Part shown: in pieces, positions 52,449-63,103 of the stretch | How positions within the stretch are numbered: position 1 is the first letter of the stretch | Layout: each line of letters begins with the position of its first letter | IMG/VR virus record: IMGVR_UViG_3300036832_000786 | Location: 1 to 64,000 of that record | Source of the DNA: a virus | Length of the DNA stretch: 64,000 bases | Direction: 5' to 3' (one strand) | Notes under the pieces: model-generated | The model's input: the letters and a program-made list of their open reading frames with translations, nothing else | Database searches by the model: none | Told to the model about the DNA's origin: nothing | Program-made: the position numbers and the translations under genes

Positions 52449-52917
52449 CCAACGTGAGCATGAGGCTTACGAAGACCTTTGTGCTTCGCGGGATCAGATT
52501 AATCATCTGTCACTCGGAGAGAGTATCCTTGAGCAACCGCAGTTGTTTGGTCACTGCGCGTCATGGTGCGCGCATGTCATCGCTCGCCGTGATGCGCTCA
52601 AGGATAACATCCAGGACACCGAGTCTGCGGTTGAGTTACGGGTGCGGAACGAGATCGCCGAGTCCGGCGAGAAGACCACCGAAGGCAAGGTTGCCGCGAT
52701 GGTCCGGGTGGACCCCGAGGTGAAGGAAGCCCGTAAGCGGTGGCACAAGGCTAAGGAAGTTGCTGATCGGTGGACGTACCTGTTGGACTCCTACAAACAG
52801 CGATCCTATTCGCTCACCCAGTATGTCAACTGGCGGGCCGGTGACTATGTTGACGAGAAGATGGGGCATACCCCCACAGCGTCGCGGGCGTCACTCAGTA
52901 GAAGGATGCGACAATGA
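52438..52917 (+). CDS. UvsY-like recombination mediator
   Basis: Helical protein with K.TEGKV.A.V..DP and SYKQRSYSL; next to SSB and RecA. Confidence 0.55.
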   Translation: MANDQREHEAYEDLCASRDQINHLSLGESILEQPQLFGHCASWCAHVIARRDALKDNIQDTESAVELRVRNEIAESGEKTTEGKVAAMVRVDPEVKEARKRWHKAKEVADRWTYLLDSYKQRSYSLTQYVNWRAGDYVDEKMGHTPTASRASLSRRMRQ

Positions 52918-53046
52918 CACCGATCTTCATTGTCACTGGCTACCTGTTCCTGATGGTCAGTGTCTATGTTGCTGGCTACCTCGCGTCATGCGGCTGGCAT
53001 CGAGCCAAGCGCGAGTCACTTAACAAGATGATGCAGGAGGTGACAC

Positions 53047-54135
53047 ATGGCTAGAGGTGCAACACGACGGCGTGAGTTTGACTACCAACCACCGAGTTAC
53101 GAACAAACGGTGGAGCGTGCCGATCGGCAAGGCTCGATGTATGACAACTTGTTTAAGTCGGTGAAGACCTACCGGGCGGCCGAGGGCCGCAACATCGTGC
53201 GTATCCTGCCGCCGACCTGGAAGGGAGCGGCCCATTACGGGTTGCCGATCTGGGTACATTATGGTGTCGGTCCCAAGGAGGCGGCGTATCTCTGCCTGCG
53301 GGAAAACAAATCGTCACCACACAAGCGGTGTCCGCTTTGTGAGGAACTGTACAATCTCGGTGCGCGGGCAACACCCGATGACCGCAAGGCATTGTTACCG
53401 ACACAGAGCATTCTCTATTACATCCTCGACCGGAACCAACCGCAGAGCGGTGTCATGTTGTGGCGAGTATCGGGTACCGCTGACAGTGAAATCGCGGCAC
53501 AGAGTGTCAATCGTCGTAAGGGTAGTGTGCTCAATATCGTGGACCCGGAGCATGGTTACGACCTGGAGTTCCTGCGCACCGGCCAGAAGCTGAATACCCG
53601 GTACCGGGGGTATCAGGTGGTCCGTGAAGAGAGTCCTATGTGCGAGGACGATCGGACTTATGAGGAGGTGCTCGACTTCATTTTCGACAACCCGTTGCCG
53701 GGGGTACTGAACTTCTATCGGCCGGAACATATCGAGGGCGTGTATTCCGGCAAGGTTGGAGGTGACGAAGAAGATGACACTAGCGGTCGCGATCGTGGCC
53801 GTCCACGCGGGCGTGATGATGAAGACGACGAGCGGGAAGCCCCACGGATGCGGTCACGCGCCGCGCCACCGCCGGATGACGAGGAGGAGGAGGAAGAAGA
53901 AGCCGCGCCGCGACGGTCACGGCTGGCACGGGAGATTGATGACGAGATACCGGAGCCGGAACCCAAGCCGCGCCGCGCGCGCGGCCGGGTGGAGGTGGAA
54001 GAAGAGGAGCCGGAAGACGAGCCGGCCGAAACCGCGCCCCGGAGCACGCGCCGCCGGGCCGATGATGACGAGGAGGAGGAGGTAGACGATCGGCGCTCCC
54101 GCCTGCGGCAGCGGTTGAGCCGCAACCGCGATTAG
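53047..54135 (+). CDS. gp32-like single-stranded DNA-binding protein
   Basis: VRILPP, HY, CPLCE, DPEHGYDL; acidic tail. Confidence 0.75.
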   Translation: MARGATRRREFDYQPPSYEQTVERADRQGSMYDNLFKSVKTYRAAEGRNIVRILPPTWKGAAHYGLPIWVHYGVGPKEAAYLCLRENKSSPHKRCPLCEELYNLGARATPDDRKALLPTQSILYYILDRNQPQSGVMLWRVSGTADSEIAAQSVNRRKGSVLNIVDPEHGYDLEFLRTGQKLNTRYRGYQVVREESPMCEDDRTYEEVLDFIFDNPLPGVLNFYRPEHIEGVYSGKVGGDEEDDTSGRDRGRPRGRDDEDDEREAPRMRSRAAPPPDDEEEEEEEAAPRRSRLAREIDDEIPEPEPKPRRARGRVEVEEEEPEDEPAETAPRSTRRRADDDEEEEVDDRRSRLRQRLSRNRD

Positions 54136-54154
54136 TCACTAACACCGGAGGGGT

Positions 54155-55201
54155 ATGATGGCACGGGTAGCAATTGAAGACGACAACGTGGTGGACGCTG
54201 GTCACTACTTCGCCCGGCGCAGCAACAGTATCGAATTCATCCCCTCCGGTGCCGCTGTTTTGGATTGTGCGCTGGGCGGCGGCTGGCCGTTGTCACGAAT
54301 CAGCAATATCATTGGTGACGAAAGTTCCGGGAAGACGCTGATGGCGATCGAAGCCTGCGCCAATTTCGCCCGGCTGTATCCAAAGGGGAACATCTACTAT
54401 CGCGAAAGTGAGGCAGCCTTTGATGTTCCATATGCCGAGGCGATGGGTATGCCGGTGGACCGGGTACAGTTTATTGAACCGGACGATTTTGTCACCATTG
54501 AGGACTTTTACGAAGACCTGCACAAGGCGGTGGAACAGACTGCCAAACGTGACAGTGCCGCCTTATACATCGTGGATTCGCTCGACGGATTGAGTGACAA
54601 AGCCGAGCAAGGTGCGGCGTTTGACGCCGCGAGTTACAACGTCACTAAGGCCAAGCAGATCGGTAAGTTGCTGCGGATGTGTAAGGGCGAAGTGTCCAAG
54701 GCGCGGATGAACCTGATGATCATCAGTCAGACACGGGACCGGATCACCGAAGGGTTTATGGCGCGATACGCTAAGAAGAAGACCCGCAGCGGTGGCCGCG
54801 CGCTCGACTTTTATGCAAGTCAGTGTCTGTGGCTGAGTCACTTGGACACGATCCGCGAGCAAAAGTCCAAGGTTAAGCGGCCGGTTGGTATCCGTATTCG
54901 TGCCAAGTGTGAGAAAAACAAGATTTCACTGCCATTACGGGAGTGTGAATTCACCATACGTTTTGGTCAGGGGATCGATTCGCTGGCGTCCGGTCTGGAC
55001 TGGCTCGATGACGTGGGCCGGTGGGGCGACGTGATCGATGTCACGCGGCCGACATATATGAAGCGGGTCGATGCCATGTCCGAACCCGATTATTGGGCCG
55101 AGGTCGCGCGGGTTGATGAGGCGGTGACCGGGATATGGGCCGAAACCGAAGAGCTATTCCTCGCCGGTACGCGCCGCAAATACCGCTATGCCGCCGAATA
55201 G
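54155..55201 (+). CDS. recA: RecA/UvsX recombinase
   Basis: LDCALGGGWP, GDESSGKT, VDSL, ISQTR, SGGRALDFYAS, KNK. Confidence 0.9.
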   Translation: MMARVAIEDDNVVDAGHYFARRSNSIEFIPSGAAVLDCALGGGWPLSRISNIIGDESSGKTLMAIEACANFARLYPKGNIYYRESEAAFDVPYAEAMGMPVDRVQFIEPDDFVTIEDFYEDLHKAVEQTAKRDSAALYIVDSLDGLSDKAEQGAAFDAASYNVTKAKQIGKLLRMCKGEVSKARMNLMIISQTRDRITEGFMARYAKKKTRSGGRALDFYASQCLWLSHLDTIREQKSKVKRPVGIRIRAKCEKNKISLPLRECEFTIRFGQGIDSLASGLDWLDDVGRWGDVIDVTRPTYMKRVDAMSEPDYWAEVARVDEAVTGIWAETEELFLAGTRRKYRYAAE

Positions 55202-55563
55202 ATGTAAGAATTGTGGCGGTGACCACCCCGTCAAGGCACCGTGCCGCGTCCATGAGATTGCCCGCCGGGCCGGGAAATATGATAGGATTCGTGCGGGAGA
55301 GCCGGTGCGGGAGGCGAAATGGCCAGCGGGTACCTGGGGTCACGCGGATTACTGGCTGGGGTACTACATCGGCACGGTGCGAGATACCTTGTTAAGGGAA
55401 CCACGATGACGCTTGAATGTTTTTACAGGAAAACGTATATGAGACATCTGAGCGGTGTCGGCCAACGCGGTGAATCTTCCCGTGGGTCGGACAGACCCTC
55501 GTTGGGGTGTCGCACTAAGAAGCCCCCACTGACAACCGCATCTTTATTAGCCGGGCGGCAGTA

Positions 55564-55848
55564 ATGAGCCGCCCGGCTGTGCGCACGCGTGAGATGCGGG
55601 TTGGGATCGACAACCCGATCGTCATCCAGTTGAAGACGCGTCCGCGTCCTAGTGAAGCCAACCTGCTACACATTCTCGGCGAGTTCCCGAACCGCTACGT
55701 CGCGGTCAATGACTTGTGCGCGCGGTTGAAAGTGTCACGAACCAGTTTGAAGATACACGCGTGCCGATTGCGGAAACACCTGACAGGTGACTGGCTTGTG
55801 CAGGGAATAGGTAATGGTTACCGGCTGATCGATTTGAGGGATAAGTGA
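55564..55848 (+). CDS. Winged-helix DNA-binding protein
   Basis: SRTSLKIHACRLRKHL...GIGNGYRL (OmpR C-terminal-like). Confidence 0.65.
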   Translation: MSRPAVRTREMRVGIDNPIVIQLKTRPRPSEANLLHILGEFPNRYVAVNDLCARLKVSRTSLKIHACRLRKHLTGDWLVQGIGNGYRLIDLRDK

Positions 55849-56658
55849 CCATGAAAGTATCATGCACCATCGATTATATGACACTTGAGAGTGACAGTGG
55901 ACGTGAGATTGATAGTGTCGAGGTGACATGTAAGCGGTGTGACCATTCGACCCAGTCTTATGGTGACGGTGCGGCCAGTGTCCGGCGGTGTCTAGTATTG
56001 CTACGCGAAGAGTGTCCGCGCCACGAAGAGAATTATTACGCCGCCGAAGGCGGCGAGGATGAGTGCTGATGCGGTGCGAAACCTGCCGGGGAACCGGTGA
56101 TCGGCTCAACCCAGCATTAGATGTTAGGGTACATCCTCGTAATGGGGTTAGTATCAAGAACCCACACAGTCTGCCGATATTAGTACCTTGCGCCGAGTGT
56201 GGCGGGTGTGGCATTTTAAGTTGCTGCGATGGCGCAGGAGGCACCGAAGCCGATCTAGGAGGCTCAGATGTCCCGCTGGCCCGACAACGGGGTTTGGGAA
56301 CCAAAGGACGCGTTTAATCGGGCACCCCGCCCGGCATTGACCGAATGTGAACCGTCACGGAAACTGGCGCGCCGCCTGCGGCTTATGCGTTGGCTGGTGA
56401 AGTTCGTCCTGTTTGGCGGGTTCTTTGTGGTGGTCATGATCGGCCTGTTCTACTTTGCGAGGTGACATGAACTACCCTGATGTCAATCCGACCTGGGGCT
56501 TGCGTTACTATGATGGTCACTTCCATCTCCACTTGATGTGGATGCACTGGAGGACCGGTTACTGGACAGCGACACGCACCGTGTCGCGTCGTTATAGGAC
56601 ACTCGACATCGCACTTGCGTCTACGAGGGATATAGGTGCGGTGATGCTCTTTCCGGTG

Positions 56659-56773
56659 TAAGAGTCACCTCCGTGAACAGAAACACAGTAAGGGAACGAG
56701 TCTTGGTGGTAGAGTGACACAAATCGAAAGAACGAGTCATACGGCGCACACAGAAACACGCAAGAGGAACGAA
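56659..56773 (+). repeat. TIGR-like array segment 4 (3 units)
   Basis: Edge repeats at 56659, 56694, 56730, 56767; loops AACAGAAACA/GAGTGACACA/CACAGAAACA. Confidence 0.75.
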
Positions 56774-58615
56774 GTGACAGCGATATTGGTGAGTGACACT
56801 CATCTCACGGATCGTCCGAACGACGAATACCGTTGGGGTTTGTGGCCTTGGCTGCGTGAGCAAGTCAAGCGGGTGCAGGCTGACGAGATCGTACACCTGG
56901 GTGACATGACCGATGCCAAGGACCGTCACCCGGCCCGGCTGGTCAATCGGTTGGTGGAGTCGGTTGGCGGTATTACCGATCTGTGCCGCCTCTACCTGTT
57001 AAAGGGGAACCACGATTATATCGATCCTCTCGATCCGTTCTTCGGATTCACCGGCTCGCATTCCAAAATCAAGTATATAAAGATACCCTTAATGGCTCAA
57101 CTGTCGATCGGCAAGGCCACCTTTGTTCCTGCCGGTGAAACCTGGAACTTCCAGCTACACGATTTCCCTTACTGTTTCACCCATGTCACCTTTGATGGGG
57201 CGGAAGCCGAAAATGGTTCCTTGCTACCGGGTGTCGATCCGGCGAGACTCAAGGATTACGCGGGGATGGTGTATTGCGTGACCGAAGGTCACGAAGTTCT
57301 GACTAAGTCGGGATGGGTTGATATCTCGACCACGCCGGATGAGATAGCGGTGTGGGATGATGGTGCGATCACTTTTGAAACACCCTTGCGGTGGAATGTT
57401 GGGGAAGCAGACGATTTGATATCCGTGACGACAAGGGCGATGTCTATAGTAGGCACGCGGGAACACCAGATGCCGGTCGTGGAGGGAAGTGGAGTCGGTA
57501 AGCGGTGTCTGGACGAGTTACCGGGCACTCATGATATATCTCCTGGTGTCGGTACATACGATAAAGGAACTAAATCTGTTGAGCATGTCCAGCTTATCGC
57601 TGCGTTCCAGGCTGATGGGCACCGAGATCGTCACGGTGACATAACTTGGACATTCGGGAAGCAGCGAAAGATTGATAGACTGAGGGCGTTGCTAGAAGCT
57701 TCTGGGTTGCGGTTCTCTGAGTATCCGGTAACTCGCGGATATACGCGGTTCCTTGTCCATAGGCACCAGGGTCAAGAAAGCTGGCCAAAGCATTGTGGCG
57801 CTGAAATTTTAGAGTGGAACAATGATAGCCTGGAAGATTTTTGTGAGTCTCATTTATGGTGGGACGCCAGTGTCGGTCAGTATCCTCGCATTGAGGCGAA
57901 ATCGAAGGAACACCTTGAATGGTTGGCTGTTGCTTACATGTGTACAGGTCGGATGATCCGGGTGACCAAACTGGTGAAGCCGAGAGGTATGTATTGGCGG
58001 CTGTCACTCAGGAATAACAGCGTTCATGGATTTTATAAGTCGGAGGTGGATGAGGTACCGGGCGCGCATAAGGTCTACTGTCCTACGGTGCGTTCGGGGT
58101 TCTTTATGATGCGTCGGGAAGGTAAGGTTTTTGTTTCCGGGAACAGCGGGGATATCCACGTCCCGCAGAAGGTCCGCAAGAACATTGAGTATGTGGGTGC
58201 ACCGTACCATATCCGTTTTGGTGACACCTTCACTCCGCGTGTCCTGGTGGTATACAATAATGGTAAAACCAACGAGTTACACTACCCGGCACCGCGTAAG
58301 ATAGTGTTCAGCCTCGACAACCCCAAGGGACTCGACCGGCTGATCGCGGAACCGGGTGACCATGTCCGTATCCGGTATCATTTGCGCCGTAGTGACTATG
58401 ACACTTGGCACGAAGTCCGCGAGCGGATCAGGCAGTACGCCACCGAGCGGGGATGGGTACTGTTTGGTGTCGAGGCGATGCCGATCGAAACCAAAGAGCG
58501 CGACAGAAGCAAGGTTGACGAGTTACTGACACCGGATCAGTTATTCGATGACTATGCCAAGCGTCACAAGCTGAGCGAGGAGTACATCAGGATCGGGCGA
58601 GAGTTACTGCTATGA
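56774..58615 (+). CDS. SbcD/Mre11-like nuclease interrupted by an intein
   Basis: SDTH, LGD, GNHD, H, Y|SGDIH; start reassigned to GTG 56774 after the array. Confidence 0.85.
   Translation: MTAILVSDTHLTDRPNDEYRWGLWPWLREQVKRVQADEIVHLGDMTDAKDRHPARLVNRLVESVGGITDLCRLYLLKGNHDYIDPLDPFFGFTGSHSKIKYIKIPLMAQLSIGKATFVPAGETWNFQLHDFPYCFTHVTFDGAEAENGSLLPGVDPARLKDYAGMVYCVTEGHEVLTKSGWVDISTTPDEIAVWDDGAITFETPLRWNVGEADDLISVTTRAMSIVGTREHQMPVVEGSGVGKRCLDELPGTHDISPGVGTYDKGTKSVEHVQLIAAFQADGHRDRHGDITWTFGKQRKIDRLRALLEASGLRFSEYPVTRGYTRFLVHRHQGQESWPKHCGAEILEWNNDSLEDFCESHLWWDASVGQYPRIEAKSKEHLEWLAVAYMCTGRMIRVTKLVKPRGMYWRLSLRNNSVHGFYKSEVDEVPGAHKVYCPTVRSGFFMMRREGKVFVSGNSGDIHVPQKVRKNIEYVGAPYHIRFGDTFTPRVLVVYNNGKTNELHYPAPRKIVFSLDNPKGLDRLIAEPGDHVRIRYHLRRSDYDTWHEVRERIRQYATERGWVLFGVEAMPIETKERDRSKVDELLTPDQLFDDYAKRHKLSEEYIRIGRELLL
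57275..58144 (+). mobile_element. Intein (290 aa) with degenerate LAGLIDADG-like region
   Basis: Starts CVTEGHEVLTKSGW; block B TREHQM; IAAFQADG; ends VYCPTV...VSGN followed by Ser. Confidence 0.85.
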
Positions 58616-58889
58616 ACCGTCTAAAAGTCACAGAGTCAACCGATTTAATCGAGATGACTAATAGTCAAAGGAAGATCGCTGATATGATATTCAGTGTAGT
58701 TGCAAGCGAGCTTGCGGCACAAGGATACAATCCCGGTGATCCTGCTATAGGATGGAGTCTCGTTGCCATGTTGGGGGCGTATTATAGGGAGACAGGTTGT
58801 GATCAAGAATACCGGCGAGTGTTTACGAGACTGATCGAGGCGCAGTTTAATCTTGAGGAAAGTGAGTCTCGTATGTGTGGGAGTGACTA

Positions 58890-60737
58890 ATGCCCTTACT
58901 GAGCCTGAAGAAACTGACGGTGACCAACTTCCGGGCGGTGACAAGCACTGTCGAGGTCGATTTCGACCAGCCGCCCGGTCTGTACTTTGTCGCCGGGCGT
59001 AATGAATCACGCCCACGGCTGGGAGCAAACGATGCTGGTAAATCTACCCTGTTCTGCGAAGCCCTTTCTTGGTTGCTCCAAGCGCGCACTAGCCGCTCCA
59101 ACCGACCCGGTGCCGATATCGTCAACTGGTACGCTGACGGTAACACTGCCGGTGTCACGGGAGTGTTTGTGCTTGATGGTGTCACGCACGTACTGGAACG
59201 ATACCGTAATCCAAGCCGCCTCACCCTCGATGGTCGCACCGTCGAGCAACGCGATATCGATCAGTTACTACCGTTATCAGACACCGCGCTAAGACGTACC
59301 CTATTGATTGATCAGTTTGGCACCATGTTTATGGGGCTGCGGCCGGAAGAGAAGTCACGAATATTCTCCGAGACACTGAGCCTTGACAAGTGGATCAAGG
59401 CATCCGATGGCGCGGGCCGCAAGGTGACCGATACCGAGCGGGCGATCCAGCGGTTGGAACAGGAATTGGCAGTCACCACCGGTACCCTGGCGGAAGTCAC
59501 CGATCAACGCGAGGCAGCGGTAGACTGCGAAACAAAATTCGAGATTGAGCAACTCGCCGCGATCAGGCGGTTAAGGCTTGAGGTGCGCGATGCCGAAGCG
59601 GCCCGCGCGAAGTCCGAAGCAGTGTTGAACGCCGCGCGCGCGGAGTTCGCGGAGTTCTCTGGTGACGACCTGCGGGAACTGGAAGACTACCGCGCCACGG
59701 AGCGTAAACTGATCCGCACTATCGCCACTACCGAACAGGATGCAGCGAACGGCGCGGAGAAGATTGTGGCGTTGCAGCGGGAGTTGCGCAGGTACACCGA
59801 TGCAAAGGGTGTCTGTCCTGAATGTGGCCAGGAGGTGAGTGACGAGCACATTGCCGAGAAAGCCGCCGGGGTGCGCAAGAGGATTAAGGAGGCGAGGGTG
59901 GAACTAGCGGAGCACAGTAAAGCATTTGCCGAGTTACCGGCAGAGCTTGAAGCGGTGCGGGTTGCGATCAGTCAGTTCGAACAGGCGCTCGCGGGGTACC
60001 AGAAGGCACAAAGCGCGGTGTCGGTCGCCGCCGGGCAGTCGATCCACGACACCCGCGAGATGCACCGGCTGAACAAGTTACTGAAAGAAACGACAGAACA
60101 GGATAACCCGTTCAATGATCAGTGTGACAAGCTCGATGCGCGGCTGACTGAGTTACGCGATACCCGTAAGCGGCAACGTAGCGAGTTGAACGAGGCGCGC
60201 CGGTTAATGGCGGTGTATGTGTTCTGGCAGAACGGGTTTCGCGAGATACGGCTCGACCAGATCGACACCACGCTGATGGAACTGGAACTGGCAGCAAACC
60301 GTCACAGTGAGTCACTCGGCTTGGATGACTGGGAGATACAGTTCGCCACCGAACGCGAAACCGCTTCGGGATCATTGTCACACAAGTTCACTGTGTACCT
60401 GTTCCCGCCCGGCCAGGACAAGCCGGTGGATTGGGAGAACTATGCTGGTGGTGTGTCACAACGGTGGCAGTTGGCAGTGACCAGTGCTCTGGCCGAGATA
60501 CTGTTAGCGCGTGCTGGTATCGACACCGATTTTGAGATACTCGATGAATGCTCAACCCATCTTTCGCGGGAAGGTATTGAGGATTTGTTGTCGTGTCTTC
60601 GGAATCGTGCCCGCGAACTCAATCGGCGTATCTATTTTATAGACCATCATATGCTTGATCATGGTGCGTTTGACGGTGTGTGTACTGTGGCGAGAACAAA
60701 TGATGGTGTGACTCTGGAATGGAGTGGCGGCGTATGA
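58890..60737 (+). CDS. SbcC/Rad50-like ATPase
   Basis: NF, GANDAGKST, coiled coil, CPECG hook, YAGG signature, ILDE, H-loop. Confidence 0.88.
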   Translation: MPLLSLKKLTVTNFRAVTSTVEVDFDQPPGLYFVAGRNESRPRLGANDAGKSTLFCEALSWLLQARTSRSNRPGADIVNWYADGNTAGVTGVFVLDGVTHVLERYRNPSRLTLDGRTVEQRDIDQLLPLSDTALRRTLLIDQFGTMFMGLRPEEKSRIFSETLSLDKWIKASDGAGRKVTDTERAIQRLEQELAVTTGTLAEVTDQREAAVDCETKFEIEQLAAIRRLRLEVRDAEAARAKSEAVLNAARAEFAEFSGDDLRELEDYRATERKLIRTIATTEQDAANGAEKIVALQRELRRYTDAKGVCPECGQEVSDEHIAEKAAGVRKRIKEARVELAEHSKAFAELPAELEAVRVAISQFEQALAGYQKAQSAVSVAAGQSIHDTREMHRLNKLLKETTEQDNPFNDQCDKLDARLTELRDTRKRQRSELNEARRLMAVYVFWQNGFREIRLDQIDTTLMELELAANRHSESLGLDDWEIQFATERETASGSLSHKFTVYLFPPGQDKPVDWENYAGGVSQRWQLAVTSALAEILLARAGIDTDFEILDECSTHLSREGIEDLLSCLRNRARELNRRIYFIDHHMLDHGAFDGVCTVARTNDGVTLEWSGGV

Positions 60738-60847
60738 CCGAAACCTGGAAACCCATTCCCGATTGGCCTTGGTATGAGGCTGGTGACCAAGGTCGGATAA
60801 AACGTAACAACAGACACAAGATGTCGGAACGGAGTCGTAAGAATTGA
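60734..60847 (+). pseudogene. NUMOD4 homing-endonuclease N-terminal remnant running into array 5
   Basis: MTETWKPIPDWPWYEAGDQGRIK, then array-encoded residues and a stop. Confidence 0.65.
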
Positions 60848-61014
60848 CAGACACAAGTGTGATGAACGAGTCACGAAGATCGATAGAAACAAATAATGTG
60901 AATGAGCTAAGACCCAATGACAGACACAAAGCAGATGAGCGAGTCACTGATCTAGACCTGAAACACTTGGAGAGAGCGAACCAACCAAGTTGAAAGACAC
61001 ATGTCGCCAGAGTG
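60809..61014 (+). repeat. TIGR-like array segment 5 (~5.5 units)
   Basis: Edge repeats at 60827, 60864, 60900, 60937, 60974, 61010; loops GACAGACACA-type. Confidence 0.8.
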
Positions 61015-61254
61015 CGCCCTTTCGGGCGGGAGACGCACTGACTTGTAAACATGGAAGATTCTGGCGTTCCTGCCTACGTTGTAAAAAACTTGTTGCGTGG
61101 AGGAACCTGGATCGATTGAAATGGATACAAGCCCAGCCTATCGAGAGTACGCCGCCCCCGGTGTAGAAGAAGGTTTGCTCCGAGGGATGTTCTTTGGTAT
61201 TCTGATCGAAGGCATCACGGCTGGGGTGGTGTGGGCTTTGGTCACTATTATTCC

Positions 61255-61785
61255 ATGAAGAGTGGCGGGGGCAAGGAGAAGGGCGCGCGCAATGAGCGCC
61301 GCTTGAGCCGCGAGCTATCGTTACTGATTTCCAATGGTGAGCGCGACGACTTGCTTTGGAGAAGTGCGATGAGCGGGGGTACCGCCACCGCCGGTAAGCG
61401 CATGGGCGCTACCAGAGGTGCACAGGCCGGTGACTTAAGTTCGATCGACGGCACTAGTCACTGGCTGGTGCGCGATTGGTATATCGAGGCCAAACACTAC
61501 CGCGATCTTCAGATACTGCGTGGCTTGCTGGTGAACACCGGCAGGCTGCATCGGTTCTGGTTGAAGACGGTGAAGGAGGCGAGTCACTACGGTAAGCGCC
61601 CGATGTTGATTGCCAAACAGAACCGGTTACCGGAATTGTTGATTGTCACTAAAGGTCAGCGGCTGAGCACGATTATCCGGTCACCGGTTATCACCCTGCC
61701 AAACTGGAACGCGGATGTCTACCTGTTTGCCGGGGTGGAACTGACACCCGTTGTGCACAAGCATCGGGTGATGTTGGAGTGTTAA
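61255..61785 (+). CDS. Holliday junction resolvase-like PD-(D/E)xK nuclease
   Basis: KGARNER, RSAMSGG, GDL, IEAK, PMLIAKQNR. Confidence 0.75.
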   Translation: MKSGGGKEKGARNERRLSRELSLLISNGERDDLLWRSAMSGGTATAGKRMGATRGAQAGDLSSIDGTSHWLVRDWYIEAKHYRDLQILRGLLVNTGRLHRFWLKTVKEASHYGKRPMLIAKQNRLPELLIVTKGQRLSTIIRSPVITLPNWNADVYLFAGVELTPVVHKHRVMLEC

Positions 61786-61972
61786 ACCAGCACCAATGAA
61801 TGAAACAATCGACTAGAGTGAACCACCTACTGAGATAGACATAAATGTTCTGGGTGAACCAAGGCAAAGGATTAGACACATACGCGAAGAGTGAACCCTA
61901 GACCATGATTTGAAACAGCCGCTGGGAGTGAGCCAACTGACACGAAGGGAAGCAAAAGGAGGGAGTGACTTG
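61783..61972 (+). repeat. TIGR-like array segment 6 (5 units)
   Basis: Edge repeats at 61783 (partial), 61816, 61852, 61889, 61926, 61963. Confidence 0.8.
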
Positions 61973-61974
61973 CG

Positions 61975-62247
61975 ATGGCGGGCAAGGGTAGACCCTCGAA
62001 CTGGACGCAGGGGCAGGTGACACTGTTGCAGGCTTGCGCGCAGTATGGCTACACCATGCCGTACACTGCTAAGTTACTCAGTATGACGGTACCGGCGGTG
62101 GGGATGAAGGCGCACAGGTTAGGCATCAAGTTCCACGGCAAAGCCGGCGCACCGCAGGGTAACATCAACCGTAGACTATACTTGCTGCGCCAGGAGATAG
62201 AGGATACTCTAGCGCGTGACCAAGCCAAGTACGGTTTAGTCGGGTAG
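61975..62247 (+). CDS. GcrA-like HTH protein
   Basis: NWTQGQVTLL...T..AVGMKAHRLG resembles the GcrA N-terminal WT...NAVIGKVHRLGL. Confidence 0.6.
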   Translation: MAGKGRPSNWTQGQVTLLQACAQYGYTMPYTAKLLSMTVPAVGMKAHRLGIKFHGKAGAPQGNINRRLYLLRQEIEDTLARDQAKYGLVG

Positions 62248-62534
62248 TCATACAGGGAAATAGACACAAAATCGGAGAACGAGCCAAGCCTGTAGACAGA
62301 CACAAACAAACGGAACGAGTCAACCCGCTAGAAGAGACACAAACGAGTTGAACGAGTCAGGTGCGCAGTAGAGAAACAAATAAGCGAACGAGCCAGTATT
62401 GCTGATAGACACAAAAACAGGGAGCGAGCCATCTGGCTGGGTAGATGCAGTAACAATGAGTGAACCAAATCTCGGACAGACACAATCGAGTTGAGCGAGT
62501 CATAAAACGGGAGTAGAATCAACAGCATAGAACG
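62242..62534 (+). repeat. TIGR-like array segment 7 (8 units)
   Basis: Edge repeats at 62242 (partial), 62277, 62313, 62350, 62386, 62422, 62458, 62493, 62530 (partial). Confidence 0.9.
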
Positions 62535-62537
62535 GGG

Positions 62538-62565
62538 TTGCCAGACCGGTTCCCGGCTCTATAAT
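62538..62565 (+). promoter_or_regulatory. Sigma70-type promoter upstream of arrays 8 and 9
   Basis: TTGCCA-16 nt-TATAAT. Confidence 0.6.
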
Positions 62566-62761
62566 AGGTCACGCGGCAACGCGCGGTGTTAAAGGGGGTA
62601 AGTACCTAATGGCGGCGCGCCGAGTACCTGCCGCGCTTGTATCTTTCGGAACAAATGGCGGTACATCGCAACCGACAAGCTGTGGTGTACTTGTTCCCCA
62701 CAGTGGGATATGGGCGCACCGCATGCAGCCGTGGTCACCGTAAGGGCAGGCGGGGTGACAC

Positions 62762-62909
62762 AGTCGGATGATATGGCAGAAACAGTAAACGAGAGCGAGT
62801 CACGATATATGACAGACACAATGTATCGGAACGAGCCAACGGCTTAACAGACGCAAACACGGTGAGTGAACCAGATTCTATGACAGACACATACTCTATG
62901 GGTGACCTA
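62762..62909 (+). repeat. TIGR-like array segment 8 (4 units)
   Basis: Edge repeats at 62793, 62829, 62864, 62900; loops at 62775, 62811, 62846, 62882. Confidence 0.85.
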
Positions 62910-63103
62910 TGACACGCCGTATCATCCGGCTCTATGTTTCGGAAGGTCACTACACCAGCGCCGTTTACGCGCGATGCGACGACGACACCATTTGGAAACT
63001 GAGTCACTACAGTGACGCCCCGCATTATCGCTGGCAGAAGATTCCACCGATCCCACAGGACGAAGAACCAACGGATATTGACAGACACAAGGACCGGGAG
63101 TGA
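62909..63103 (+). CDS. Small hypothetical protein embedded between arrays 8 and 9
   Basis: YARCDDDTIW...WQKIPPIPQ; C-terminus encoded by an array unit. Confidence 0.6.
   Translation: MTRRIIRLYVSEGHYTSAVYARCDDDTIWKLSHYSDAPHYRWQKIPPIPQDEEPTDIDRHKDRE

Noticed and set aside
56714-56773. N-terminal 20 aa of the SbcD ORF as given in the ORF track
   Set aside because: This is array sequence; the RBS-like GAGGA and GTG at 56774 give a start just before the SDTH motif
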